DNA of 63,000 nt, filler included, from Diploschistes diacapsis (lineage: Eukaryota), in assembly GCA_023645945.1 (NCBI GenBank). It is 23 parts of 23 records of this genome, joined end to end, with 100 filler letters (N's around TTAATTAATTAA, not from the genome) between each part and the next. Parts side by side here need not be neighbours in the genome. Positions count along the whole stretch, not along the records: positions 35,777 to 36,877 come from JALAIB010003955.1; positions 36,978 to 38,077 come from JALAIB010003956.1; positions 38,178 to 39,277 come from JALAIB010003957.1; positions 39,378 to 40,476 come from JALAIB010003958.1; positions 40,577 to 41,674 come from JALAIB010003959.1; positions 41,775 to 60,604 come from JALAIB010000396.1; 17 more parts are not named here. One strand, 5' to 3'. Made by a program: the position numbers and the translations under genes. This document shows positions 36,329-49,300 of this stretch, piece after piece. Positions within the stretch are counted from its first letter, which is position 1, and every line of letters begins with the position of its first letter. A model generated the notes under the pieces. It saw only the letters and a list, made by a program, of their open reading frames with translations. It did no database searches and had not been told where the DNA came from.

Positions 36329-36527
36329 GAACTATAGAACTTACTTATACAATAATAATAAAATAGGAAGACTATTACCAACAATACTACTAAAAGAACA
36401 AGAAGTTACATTAAGGGTTTATTTCGTTTATCAGACGTGTTTATATAAAAAGTATAAACACCCGTTTCATTCCACACATACGAACCCAAGAAATTGCCGA
36501 GATAAAAAATGCATAATCTTAATATAC

Positions 36528-36877
36528 TAGGCTGGCCGTCACGGACACGGCCGTGGCAGTATCCGTGTTTTGAAATTTTTAGCCGTAGTGTCCGTGTCCG
36601 TGCTTTTATTATAATGTAATGTCCGTGAAAGTGTCCGTGTTTTAAAATTTTTAATCGTAGTATCCGTGTCCGTGTTTTTATTATAATATAATGTCCGTGA
36701 AAGTATCCGTGTTTTAAAATTTTTAATCGTAATATTCGTGTTAATAGGTTTATTACCGTGTCCGTATATTTATCGAAACATTTTTAAATAATATTTATTT
36801 TTTAATATTTTTAAAATTATTACGTTTATTTTTTATATTTTTATTTTTTTATCGCGATAGTTCGATAAATTCACGAT
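36528..36877 (-). mobile_element. TAGGCTGGCCGT MITE, 3' portion
   Basis: Terminal repeat at 36528; matches 34203-34475. Confidence 0.88.
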
Positions 36878-38580
36878 NNNNNNNNNNNNNNNNNNNNNNN
36901 NNNNNNNNNNNNNNNNNNNNNTTAATTAATTAANNNNNNNNNNNNNNNNNNNNNNNNNNNNNNNNNNNNNNNNNNNNGTGGTGTGGGAGGCAACGCGCAA
37001 AAAGGCCCCTTCTCGAGAAGAAACAAAAGGGGTTTTGCTCATCATCTTCGAACAGGCCTTTAGGTTCCCGGCGTTGAAGTCCGAGCCTTGGACTTCCGAG
37101 TGACCGGGTGGGATGGGCCTATAAGCTCCATAAAAGGCGGTGGGAAGGTGCGGCGCCGGAGGGACGGAAGGAAGGAGGGGAAAATTAGAATTGGGGGAAA
37201 ACAGGGTGAGGGAATAGGGTGGCAGATCCAGCGGGACCTACAAAAGAGGGGAGATGAGAGGGAATAGGGGGGGCCGGTGGGCGGACAGCACGATTACAGC
37301 GCAACAAAGAACGGGCGGTTGGATGCCCGGTCGGTTATGGATCGGACATCTATCTATATATCTCCGGGAGGGGAAAGGCGGGGGGAGCGGGGTTTGAAGA
37401 AGCAAGGAGCAAGAAGCAGCAGCAGGCAAGAGTAGGCATTCTGAACAGACCCCCTACTCCGTCACGTGATAAGTGCTAACAGGAACAACGGCCGGAAACT
37501 AGAAACCTGGAAAAAGTAGAGATAGAGGAAGCGAAAGGGGCATGAAACCCACACCCTCCTTTCCCTTCCGCTATCCCCGCCCGTTCCGCTTGCCCTCGCC
37601 ATGCAGCGGCGTGGACTTCCCCTTGTTGCAGCATCTCTTCGCAGAACATGGGGGGGAAGGGAGCCCATCTTCGCATTACGCCGCACTGCACGAATCGGAT
37701 GAGCTGTAGTTCCCAGCGCCTGGCTGTGTGTCGCGCGCTGCTACGTGCAGCCGGGGCGAGGTAGATAGCCAGCCAGCCAACTAGCCAGCCTTCTTTGGCT
37801 ACCCTTCCTTCCCTTCCCTCCCTTTCCTCCGCCAAAGCTTCAACACAACCTGGCACTCCCTGCCAAAGTCTCAGCAGCAGCATTACCATCATCATCATCA
37901 TCATCATCGGCACCAGTCGCCCCACCACAGCCATACCCCGTCCTAACACTCCCCATTAAGCCACCCTCGTCCCGGCGCGACACATGCAACTCCCCTCTCC
38001 GGCAGCAATTAACGGCCAGCAGCCCGCAGTCTGCAGTACCGGATCCAGCCCCCAGCCAAGGCAGGCAGTCCCAAGAGNNNNNNNNNNNNNNNNNNNNNNN
38101 NNNNNNNNNNNNNNNNNNNNNTTAATTAATTAANNNNNNNNNNNNNNNNNNNNNNNNNNNNNNNNNNNNNNNNNNNNAAGCGATTATATAACGAAACGTA
38201 TCTTAATTTTATCGTTAAAAAAATATTTATATGACATAATAAACATACTTTCTATATTTATCATTCAACGATTATGTTTTTGAATAGTTTTTTTATAAAA
38301 AAATGATAATTTATCTAATTTGATATCGCGGTAGCGGTTTATGACATCTAAATAATCTTAACTTGCTTATCGCTTATGTATTACCTCGGCTGTTAATACT
38401 ACTTTAATAATAATTCTTTTTATTTTCTCGGCGAGGGGATCTTTTCTCGCCTTTATTATCTAGCTTTTTTTAAGCTTTATATCTTATCTCATTTTTAATA
38501 ATATATTTTTGACTATTTTTGGTGCATTTTTTAATATAAATTCGAAATCATCTTCTTATTCTAGCGATTCGCCTATTAAT

Positions 38581-39034
38581 TGTTATGATCTCTATCTCTA
38601 TAATGTAGACACGAGGTATTAATTAAAATAAATTTAGTCTCGTATAGAAAAAAAGTGCAAATAAAAGAAAAAGATAGAACAATTATAAGTCTAAAACTGT
38701 TTCTAAAAAAAAGACTTTAATAATAAAAATAACGAATATAAATTAATCCCGAGCAATAATTAGAAATATCTATAAAAATAAATATATTAAGATTTAAAAA
38801 AACTATAATAAAGATTTTTATATAATCAACTACTCTTTAACGGAGTAAATCAATAAATAGATAGAACTACCGTTCTCCCGTCCTACCTACAAAAAATAAA
38901 ATAGCCTCCAAGGCTTTCTACTCATCACGTGACCAGTATCACCATGATTGGACTATATACAAGGAGTGGTTGGGTTAGGCCCGATCAGCTGTGAAGTGCC
39001 AAGTGGCTACCACCTAGTCACTTGGATCGTAACA
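38581..39034 (-). mobile_element. LTR family B, full length (454 bp)
   Basis: Inverted termini TGTTATGATC...GATCGTAACA. Confidence 0.85.
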
Positions 39035-39379
39035 ATTCGTTCTCGTTGTCTAATTCGAAATAAAAGGTTTTTTATAAAAATATATCTAGGTATACTAATT
39101 CGAAATATTTAAAATGAAACATTAAATAAACTTTAATATCTTTTAATAACTTAAATCGATAACTAACTCGTTTAATTTCGTTCGGTATATCGGGTTATTT
39201 ATCGATTAAAAAAGATCCGATTTTAATATAATCTAGTTTCTTAAAGGGTTTACGTATTCTAAAGTTATCTATATATANNNNNNNNNNNNNNNNNNNNNNN
39301 NNNNNNNNNNNNNNNNNNNNNTTAATTAATTAANNNNNNNNNNNNNNNNNNNNNNNNNNNNNNNNNNNNNNNNNNNNTT

Positions 39380-39596
39380 TAGAACGCCCCTACAGGAATA
39401 CTACACAACCAGGGGCTGAGCCTAATCTGGAAGGATCACGTGTAGCTGCAATCTGTAGGCTGAATGGTTCAGATTCGAAAAGGTGAAGAAGAAACTATCT
39501 AAGTAGGAGGATGGCACAAATAAATAGTCTGGGTGCCAGCCCTACCAGCCCTATCAGGGTCCAACCCTTGAACCCACAAACGTTCAGGATGTTCCA
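39380..39596. mobile_element. LTR family D (~217 bp) abutting a pogo transposase fragment
   Basis: T(A)GAAC...GTTCCA termini; matches 1-140. Confidence 0.65.
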
Positions 39597-39858
39597 TTAA
39601 TATTTATAAAGCCTACTTAAGCGTTTCGACTCGTAATAACTCGATTTTAAGTTATTAAAAATAATTCGATTTATTCTGAACGTGTTATACGCGATTTATT
39701 TAATCGAGTAATATAATCCGTTTTTTACGTTAACGCGTTTTTTAACGGCGAAAATACTGCGATATCGAATGATTAAAGAAGATAAAAATTATACGGAAAT
39801 AATATTATTAAATCGATTCGATTAGATATATAAAAACGAATAATATTAACGATAATAT
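39597..39858 (-). mobile_element. pogo/Fot1 transposase fragment
   Basis: Reverse complement of ~8614-8830. Confidence 0.85.
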
Positions 39859-40476
39859 TGTTGAGCAAACAGGCAGAAGGCATGATTAAGAATATAACTA
39901 AGTTCTAGAAGGAAGTTTAGTTTAGCTGAACTCCGAGGTTCAGTTCAGCTGAATTTTCTAAAATTCCAACTAAACCGAATAAAAAATAGTATAAATAATA
40001 AGGCTTAACGTATCCCACGAAGATAAAAGTCTATAAAATAGAATAACCTCCTAATTAAGATTTCTAGACTTCAATATATCCATTTCGTTACCAAATAAAT
40101 TATAAGCCCGGATTAACACCTATTTTATTACGCTTAATCGTTTATTAAAACTACGTTTCCCGGTAATTATTACGATTACGAACGCGGGTATCGATTACGT
40201 TACCTAACGCAAATTAAATCGAAGAGATTTAAAAACCCAGGATCTAAATTATAAAACCCTAGGATAAACTGATTCAAAAGTAGAAGTTATATTACTTTAA
40301 AAGAACGCGGGACCTTAATACGCTGGCCTAAAATAAACTTAAATAAGAAATAATTGGATTTAGATATCATCTATACAAACCAACGAAAAACAATCTTCTT
40401 CTTTTTTTCGTCAATATCGAAGCTCAGCTGAACCACGCTGAATTCCTCGATTACCTTTATTTCTACTATAAAGGAT
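39859..40476 (+). mobile_element. Copia family A 5' LTR (39859-40097), PBS and leader
   Basis: Colinear with 5242-5800. Confidence 0.82.
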
Positions 40477-40576
40477 NNNNNNNNNNNNNNNNNNNNNNNN
40501 NNNNNNNNNNNNNNNNNNNNTTAATTAATTAANNNNNNNNNNNNNNNNNNNNNNNNNNNNNNNNNNNNNNNNNNNN

Positions 40577-41674
40577 ATTTATAATCGTATTAATCTTTTA
40601 ACGGCAAGAATAAGATAACTAAAAAGCCGGGATAAAGATATAAAAGAAATTTTTGTTAAAATGGAACGTCGAAAGAATTAAATAATTGATTCACGCCACA
40701 AAAATACTTATACGAAGGCCTATCTCTTTTATATTAGAGATCTTATATTACTTTATAACAACAGATATTAAAAAGATTATTCCGTATCTCGAAAGTTAAA
40801 CTTTTGATGGTTCGGTCCTTACCGGATCACCTATATAGACTAGACGAAATCAGTTTTCAAGCTTGCGGAACTAGATGGAACTAACCTCGCTGGAACCTTT
40901 GCAGGCAGAAGGCTGAAGGCCTTTGTTGTTGATCCTAGGGAAGATGTGGTAGTGCCGGATTCTGGAGCGACGGTCGAAGAGGACGAGGAGGAAGATCAAG
41001 TAAATAACCTTGATCTGAACATAGAAGAAGTAGAATCCTGAAAGGATAAAAAGGAAGAAAGCGGGAAATATTTTATAAAAGAATAAATACAAAATAAAAT
41101 TAAAAATTAAATATTAAAAGTGAACCTATAAATATCTAAACTGTAAATAAAGAAAGAGAAATATAAAGAAAGTTTAAAAAAGGATAGAACCGTTCTAAAT
41201 AAAGATTAAATAATTAGGAATCAAAATTAGTATTATAAGGCTTTAAAGGTCTATAATAAAGAACTATCTATCGCTTACGCGGTTGTTTATTTTATTTATT
41301 AATTTTATAATATTCTTACTTTTCCGTCTGATTTACTTATTTACTTTTTTTATATGATTTGCTTGCTTGCCTACCTTTCTAGTTATTTATCTACAATTAA
41401 CTTCTTATTGGTCGTGGCGAGAAGTAAGAATAAAAAAGAAGAAAAAGAAGACTATAGACCGTGCTACTAATTATATTTATCGGGCGGAATATTTACGAAT
41501 AATATAAATACGGTCGAAGATAAAGATATTTTTAAATAAGTACCGTCTTTTTATCTAGCTATGTTTAAAAGAATAAAATATAAAAAAATAGATTTAAAAA
41601 CACGGTTACGTCGAGGAAGGAGCATTAAGGATGATAAACTTTTAGGTATTTTAGTTATCGGAAAGGTATAGAAT
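40577..41674 (+). mobile_element. Ty3/Gypsy integrase C-terminus and 3' region
   Basis: KLNF*WFGPYRIT and KLAELDGTNLAGTFAGRRLKAF; homologous to 2408-3100. Confidence 0.88.
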
Positions 41675-41811
41675 NNNNNNNNNNNNNNNNNNNNNNNNNN
41701 NNNNNNNNNNNNNNNNNNTTAATTAATTAANNNNNNNNNNNNNNNNNNNNNNNNNNNNNNNNNNNNNNNNNNNNCCCCCCCCCTCCTCGCTCAACCTGGC
41801 ACCTTCCCACG

Positions 41812-43003
41812 TTACGCCGGCTTGTGCACCCTGATCGGCCCCGGCGGCTTCACATAATCCGTCACGTCCATGGCTTTCAGCAAGAAGTTCTCTTCCGCGT
41901 TCCTCCCTAGCATGTTGTACGGGAAGCCCGGATCAAACGGGGCGGCGTCCTCGATCTCCTCGATGTCCTCGTCGCTCAGCTCGACCGCCAAAGCTTCGAC
42001 GTTGGCCTTCAGATGCTCCAGCTTGCGGCCACCGACGATCGGAAAGACGTAGGGGGCCTTGTGCATGACGTACGCCATCGCCACGCTCGTCGTCGCCGTG
42101 CCCTTCTTCTCCGCCAGGGCCTCCAGCACGGGCAGCACCTTCGCAACCGCGGCGTTCTCCCCGACGGTCGCGCGGCCCTTTTCCCCCGCCTTCTCCATCG
42201 CCTCGCGCTGTGCGGCCGTCTTGAACGCGCCGCCGCCCAGCGCGCCCCACGGACACAGGCCCATGCCCTCGTCGCGCACCAGGTCCAGAATGTCGCGCTC
42301 GAAGTCGCGACACGCGGCGGACCACTTGCCCTGGTAGACGACGAAGCCGCGCAGGCCGTGGTCGCGCGCGTACTGGTTCGCCTTGGCGACGACGTAGGCG
42401 GGCAGGTCCGAGGCGCCCAGGTACAGGACCTTGCCCCGCTGCAGGAGGCCGTTGAGCGAGAGCATAAGCTCGGGGATGGAGGTGGTGAAGTCCCACCAGT
42501 GGACGTAGAGGAGGTCGATGTAGGACGTCCGGAGTTTCTGCAGCGAGGCCTCGACCGACAAGTGCAAGGATTTGGTGCCGTTGCCGCCGAAGTTGGCGGG
42601 GATGTGCTTGTCGAACCCCTTGTGCTGCTGGAAGTTGGACGTGTACTTCGTCGCAAGCACCATCTGGTCGCGCACTCCGCGGCCGGCCATCCATTCGCCG
42701 AGCCATTCCTCGGACTGGCCGGCCTGGTAATTGTTCGCCGTGTCGATGAAGTTGCCGCCAGATTCTAAGCGTGTTAGGACCATCCGCGGAGCCTGAGCCG
42801 CCCGAATCTGCGTAGGGAACTTTACCAAAGAAGTAATCGAGCATCTCAAACGCCGTGCTCTTGTCGCACTTGCCCAACCGAGCCTCCCACGCCGTCCCAA
42901 AGTTCATAGCACCGAGACATAGAGGGGACACGCGCACGGAAGCACTAGGAGCGAGAAGACGATGGCGACCATTCAGATTCTTGGGCGCAGGGGCCGGTTC
43001 CAT
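41812..43003 (-). CDS. Aryl-alcohol dehydrogenase / norsolorinic acid reductase-like aldo-keto reductase
   Basis: RVSPLCLGAMNFG; intron 42765-42825; GGNFIDTANNYQ; LATKY; YIDLLYVHWWD. Confidence 0.95.
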
Positions 43004-43525
43004 AGCGAAAAAGGATGTGATTTTTCGAAGGGGCTGTTCCCGATCCGAAGATAGAATAAAAAAACGGAAAGCAAAAGGGTCGTTCTTCAGGAACAGACAA
43101 GTAGAAGCAAATCTGATGATGGGAAGAGACGATGGAGATGAGGGGGGGATACTTTCCAGAGATTAAATAGCTCGTCACCTATCTGATCGGCCCACCACTG
43201 CTCGATCCATGATATCCGTATCGCCGCTCCGGACATCCCGCTGGAGAAAGTCAAACGCCGAGCTAATGCCATCCAGGCCAAACTCTCGTTCCCCTGACAA
43301 AAGTTGGCCGCGCTAAACGGACGAGCAGATGCTACTACAAAGCATGTACTGTGTAGATCGGAATTATCGGAAATAACTGGACTTTGTACGTGCACAGAGT
43401 AGAATACTAACTCGTCGGCCTTATTCGTCCGTCTTCTATGTCTTTCCTATGTTTTTGCGAGGTATGTAGATATCACTAACAACCTGCCACATCAAATACT
43501 TTGCATCCATTACTGGTTGCGTATA

Positions 43526-43636
43526 TACAGTACTAGGCCAAAAGTAGTTAGGTACACCATAAGCGGCAGTAAAGAGTTGACTGTCTCTTTACTGCCGATT
43601 ATGGTGTACCTAACTACTTTTGGCACCTGACTTGTA
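43526..43636. repeat. Near-perfect 40-bp-arm hairpin, Tc1/mariner-like minimal MITE
   Basis: Arms 43537-43576 and 43585-43624 have one mismatch and an 8-nt loop; TACA...TGTA outer edges. Confidence 0.85.
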
Positions 43637-43969
43637 TATCAGGTTAGTTCAATACTGGCACAATCCAGTATTGTTGGTCTTTTGGCTGTGGCCTAGCGGC
43701 ACGAAACTCGCGCTTTGCAATATCACCCAAGTATCTCAATTGCCCGGACTTTAAGTGAGGTGGGCACTTGCCTGTTCTATCCTTCGTTGTGGCAGCTCAG
43801 GAGCACTTGCTCGGTCTACCACGTTTGATAGGGCAGCTCTGGTTCTAGCGATGGTCAAAAAGATTCCATAGGTTGCAATAGCCCGTTCTGTTTACAATGC
43901 CGCCGTCACTTTAGCCAAGTATGCAAGTCTTGCCAGATTCGACACCACAATGCTCCCTCACACCCCAGC

Positions 43970-44726
43970 CTATTTCGTCCGTATATGCTTCAGCCCCTTG
44001 GGACTATGCAAGAAATTGTTCGCATAAGCCTTTGGCACGAACTTCCGTGTGTTAGGCTCTTGCACGAAATACTCGTAACCCTGCTTCTGCGCGAACATGA
44101 TAGCGTCCTCCTTGCTCTTGAAGTTCAAGTGTGTGCCTTGCATGTAGTCTGCCGATGACTGCCAGCCCATGAGCGGGTTCTCCCATCTATGTCCTTTCTG
44201 AAGTATGTCCCAGTCCATGCGCCAGTGGTGACTCGTCCAGTCGCCGGATTGGGTGGCGGTTTTGGCAGGTTGATATATTCTAGAGCGTATCAGCTGGCGC
44301 CGGAGATGCCGGTGATATGGTTTTTGGGTGCAATGGGCATACCTAACGGTGCGAGCTTGTATGTCAATTGGAGCGCCAGACAGGACAGCGGCGGCGACCG
44401 AGTCTCCTGGTTCACTACCATCCATTACTCGCCGCGGTATGGGGGAGAACATGCTATGGTCCGTCAGTATCTCACGTTCAAAAAAGGTTGGACTAAGTAT
44501 ACGAAGTGCCATGATCGACATGTGCATCAAAGTCTGGCGGGTGCTCTACCACGGCTCGCTGGGCCGGTTCTGTCTGTGATAACGCTCGGTCCTGGTTGAC
44601 ATTGCTTGCTGGATCGGCTGCATCATCAGAGCTGGCATGTCGTCTTTGCACGCGAACGCCACTTTGTCTCGCAAACGAAAGAAGCGGTAAAGCTCTAGGC
44701 GCTCGAGATAAGCGTATTGTAGACAT
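43970..44726 (-). CDS. NDUFS4: NADH:ubiquinone oxidoreductase NDUFS4 (21 kDa) subunit
   Basis: RIYQPAKTATQSG, RWENPLMGWQSSAD and YANNF; mitochondrial presequence; two introns. Confidence 0.95.
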
Positions 44727-44995
44727 TGTTGTGAGAGTATTGTTTTGGAGATTAATGGTGTGAACTCTTTGCTGAAGGCGGATGTCGTCGGTAAATAGAC
44801 CGGGCCGAGACAGGAGCTAACAGCCCTATCGTCGAGCTTCAACCATCTTCTTAGAGTTCCCAACTCCATTGCCATCTCCATTTACCATCGTTTGACGCTA
44901 TCTCCAACTCTGAAAGCGTTACAAGGCGTACTGAATCTCTAGTAAAGCAACTTAATACGGATCCCATTGTTGATTGATCCTCATAAGTCGGCACA

Positions 44996-45614
44996 ATGAG
45001 CTTTGTTACTCGGCGCGCTCTCTCAACTCTCATCCCTCCAAAGGCATTATACCTTCTACCTCTTCGTGGACCTAAAGCTAACATGATCATAGGTCGCATC
45101 ACCTACAGTGAGTTCTCCAATACGCTGAAAAACGCTCTTTGCCTGCCGTTGCCAAAAGAAGTATACCGTAAACCTGCAGTTGGTCACCATCAAGGATCGC
45201 TCTCTTTTTCGGCTTCGGGATGCAACATGCATGGTATGGATGAAGATAACTGATGGTCGAAATAGTCGATTGGCGCGGCTCCAAATGCAGGACGTATGCA
45301 AAGGGTTGTGAAATTCTACGAGGGGCTACCAAGAGGACCAGCACCAGAGCCAAAACCACGAGGACCTCTTGAGTGGTACCAAGCCAAGTACTTTGGGAAG
45401 AACCCTTCAGCAGCACGTAAGCTCATTGAGGCCATTTGCTTCCGGCAATATCACTGTACTGATACTAATCGCAGCTATTGTTCATGTCATTGCATTCTTC
45501 ACCATAATCGGCTACGCCCAAAACTACTATTTCCATCTCCGTACGTAATGCGTCTTTCTGTTGAAACGACAATTGCTTATCTATTCAGGTCACCACAAGA
45601 ACAACGCTCACTAA
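44996..45614 (+). CDS. ATP17: Mitochondrial ATP synthase subunit f
   Basis: Spliced product [48 protein letters not shown]...YYFHLRHHKNNAH. Confidence 0.95.
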
Positions 45615-46389
45615 GTAAGGGATCTTTCTGGTGAGATGGGTGCAACAATGAATGTACATATTACACGATTGTCAGATCAAATAGAGCGTTTCATTTGTTG
45701 ACTTGCATAGCGCCTGCTAAATGCATGTCAGGGCATGTGTTGAGATTCTCTGGTTGTCCAACAAAGTTCTCTTTTCCTAATTACAGACAACCTGTTCTGC
45801 GACTCCATACTCTAGTATCATGAGTTACTGGGCGCATGTTCTACGAGAGGTAGATACTCTACACCTATTAAAACAATCGTTACGTGCTGTTGCGAGTAGC
45901 ATCTTCGTACACATCAACTTCATGTTGCTGGACGAGTGAACGTTCAAACAAGCCAACTGTGCCGTTGTACATACTATGCCAAGGCGCTAGTCCTAATCTG
46001 ATCGAGCATCGTTGCCCGACCCTCTTTCGGCCGCCTCATCCATCAGAGGTTACTGCTACTAATTGTCAACTCCATCCCCTGGACGCCTCTCTAACCCTCC
46101 TCCATTCCCGAGTGAGGTACTTAACTCATTCTCCGTTCTTTCTGCAATCCGGTCAGCCATCGATCCGGATTCGTCACCGAGCAACCATTTGTAGAAGGTG
46201 TCTGAGTCAACTGGACTTCGTCTGAAAAGCTAGTCGGCGTGGCTTCCAACAACAGACCGTGACATAGGTACATCTTATTCTCATTTACGCACATCCTCAT
46301 GTCCCATGGAATTTAATCTACAAATAAGATCTGGGAACGGTTATCTGACAGATCGCTCATGGCGAACTCGAACAGATTCGAAAAAGGTA

Positions 46390-49300
46390 ATGGCAGATCA
46401 GAGCATCCACGATGTGGTAAAACAACCTCAGTCGGTGGACGCTTTGCGTTCGACCGACGTTTCTGGCACCACCAACACTGATTCCGCCGCGCGTGCGGCC
46501 GTCGACGGCACGGCTTTGAAAGGAAGCGACATCAAGAGTACAACTTTGCCGCCGCGCTCAGAGAGTGGCCATACAAGTCAGCAACCTACTGAAAACACCG
46601 ATCCGACCGTGTCAAATAGCCAGGATGCAGCCAAGGTAGATCACGGCGGGCGACTACCTCATTCGACTTGGGCATCGCTAATGATCGCAGGATGGCGCCG
46701 AGGGAGGTGAAGATGGGCAGGACGAAATGCAGAAACAAGTGAATGGCATAGGCATTGAAACACAGGAGGCAGATCCCTACGAAAATGGTTCTGTGAAAAG
46801 CGCGGGGATCGATGGGAGCATCGGATCAGATACTGATATGAACAAGGCTGAAGCTGGCGAGAACCTTGGCAAAGATACCGAAGGCGCCGTTCCTAGGTAC
46901 ACGGTGAAGAAGGCCTCCAGCTTCAAGCCCGTATCGGTCACAAAAACCTTCCTCATGAAGGCGGGTTCTACTTCTGTTTTACCCAAATCTGCCATAGATA
47001 AAGGTCTAGCAGAGTCCTTCTTGCAGCGAAGCAGCAGATACTGACGATTGGTATAGGTGTCTCCTCCCCGAGTACCCCAGGTCCAGGCTCTTCCGCTCTG
47101 GGGTCGCGCCCTCGTTTGGTGGCCAAAACCGCCAGCGGTTCCAGGACTTCGGCGCCCAAATCGCTCAGCATGAGTAAGAACGGTCGGACTTCGGGACCAG
47201 ACCCCAGTCAAGTCTGGAACCGTAATCGAGGTAAGAACAAGTGTTTGACAGACTCGCTATCATGGCTCATACTCTCCTAGTACAAACACCTCAAGCTACA
47301 CCAAAGCAGATGACGGATGAAGAGCTTCGTCAGCAATACGGTATTCAACTAGCATCCCGACCGATCGATAATGGAGACGGAAAGGAGGCAAAGTGGGCCG
47401 ACATCGATGACGACGAGGACGACTGGGCTCCGGAAACGATTGAGTGGAATGATGGAACAAAGATAAACCTAGCAACAGTCGATGCCTCCACGCCAACTAC
47501 CGATCAGCTGGCCGCGCTGGAGAAGCCAAAGGAGATCAAGCCTGAATCTACCGACTCCAAGTCTGTACCTTCAAAAGTAAACACCATCGGTCCCAAAGCT
47601 ACAGTTCTTAAGCTCGGTAGTGTTTCACAACCAAAAATGCCTTCGGCGGAGCCAGTAGCATCAGCAACGAAACCTACAGTAGACAAGCCTACGCTTGTTG
47701 CGAAGCCATCTCCGGCACCGCCACCGAAAAATCCATGGGCGCCTTTGCCGCCAGTCGACAAATTCCCCCCCGTTGCTTCACCCGTCCAACAACCTCTATC
47801 AGCCATGGGACAGAGGGAACCTCCCAACTTCCAAGGCATGCCACCACCTCCTCCTCCCCCACCGGCTAAGGAAATCGCTGCTGACGACTTCTCACGATTT
47901 CCTCGGGAAGCGGCGAATGGCACGCCACGCGAGCTCTTCAATTCCCAGTCTGGACGATATGAGCCGGTTGCCGAGAGACGTATGTCTAAGAAGGATCAAG
48001 GGTTTAGAACACCCTCCGTTCTGCAGAGACCTTTACAAACGGACCCTTCCAGTCCAGCGGAACCTTCACCAGCCTTTCAAACCAGCAGATCCCAACAAGA
48101 TGCTTCTCAGTGGCGGCGAAGAAGGGCTTCTTCTAACATTAGCGGCGAGAATGGCGCCTTTTTGCGACGTATGTCTGTCAGCAAAAGTTCCTTGGACGGT
48201 GTCCAAAGACGGGACTCTCAGCTCGAGCAACCTATGAATTTTAGCGCTCACCATACGCTGCCCGACCAGCAAGATACTTCACCAGTTTCTCAGGAGCAGT
48301 CGTTTATGTCGCAGTCTCCAATTGTTAGTACTGCACAAACCGTTCCATCAGACCAAAGCTTCATGGCACAGGCTTCTCCTACACCAGCAACTCCGGCAAC
48401 CTCTGCCACACCTGGTGGACACACAGTCGAGGAAGTTAAAATGCAAAAGGTTTTAATGAAAGAGAAAGCCGAAGCGGCTCACCGGCGCAGGCTTGAGGAA
48501 GAACAGCGCCAGGAAGCTGAAAAGCGCGAAAGACTACGGTTAAAGATGGAGCAGATGGGCTTGACTGACGCAAAGATGGGCAAGAAGGTTGTCGAAGAGG
48601 AAGCTACACCTTCGCCCAACATCATTCTGAAGGATGTAAAAGCATCTCCCGCTAGTGTTCCGCCTCCACCGGTCAAGGCTGTGTCACCACCGAAACCTCC
48701 TATACCCACTGCAAATGGGGAGCCTCAGCAGTATGGTCTAATGAAGGTACATGCTCCTCAGGTAATTACTCCAACGAGTCCAAGCTTTGAAAAGAAGCTG
48801 GTCAATCCAGGGGAAATAACTCGGGACACAACGTCTGAAACAAAGCCGTCGACAATGAGAGAGCCTGCTTCTATTGTTGCGCCCATGCCACAAACAAATG
48901 GCGAGCAAATTCCGAAGAAGCCGAGTCCAGCTCCCATTGGTGCCCAACTCAACAAGGAGGAAACGATAGAATATCCATCTCAGCGGCTGACCCCCGTGCC
49001 GCCATCGGTAAACGGCCACACAGCTTGGGGTCAGCACAGTATGGTGACGCACTCTACTCCCGGTGGAAATGTTTGGGCAGCGCCCGCTAATCACAAGGGG
49101 CTGGGGAATGGTGATTTCCAGAAAAGGGTTCACGTCGCTCCGACACAACAGCCTTTTCCGCCACAGCATTTGGTGTCATCTCAACCGCAACCTCAACCCA
49201 TCGGGACTCCGAGGCAGCAAACGAACAACAAGCCTATTGTTGCCGAAGCACCCATTGTGTCTTTGCCAAGTCACGTGAATGTACTCCCACAGTCACATGC

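Noticed and set aside
36978..38077. ORFs with poly-Met from an (ATC)n repeat in a GC-balanced contig
   Set aside because: No recognisable protein; looks like promoter/5' UTR with a microsatellite.
41933..42768. Long alternative-frame and antisense ORFs over the AAD gene (similarly over MRC1, ESF1 and NOP53)
   Set aside because: Shadow ORFs caused by high GC3 codon bias.
45108..45266. Possible H/ACA snoRNA in the long ATP17 intron
   Set aside because: An ACA is present, but I could not identify convincing hairpins or an rRNA-complementary pocket.
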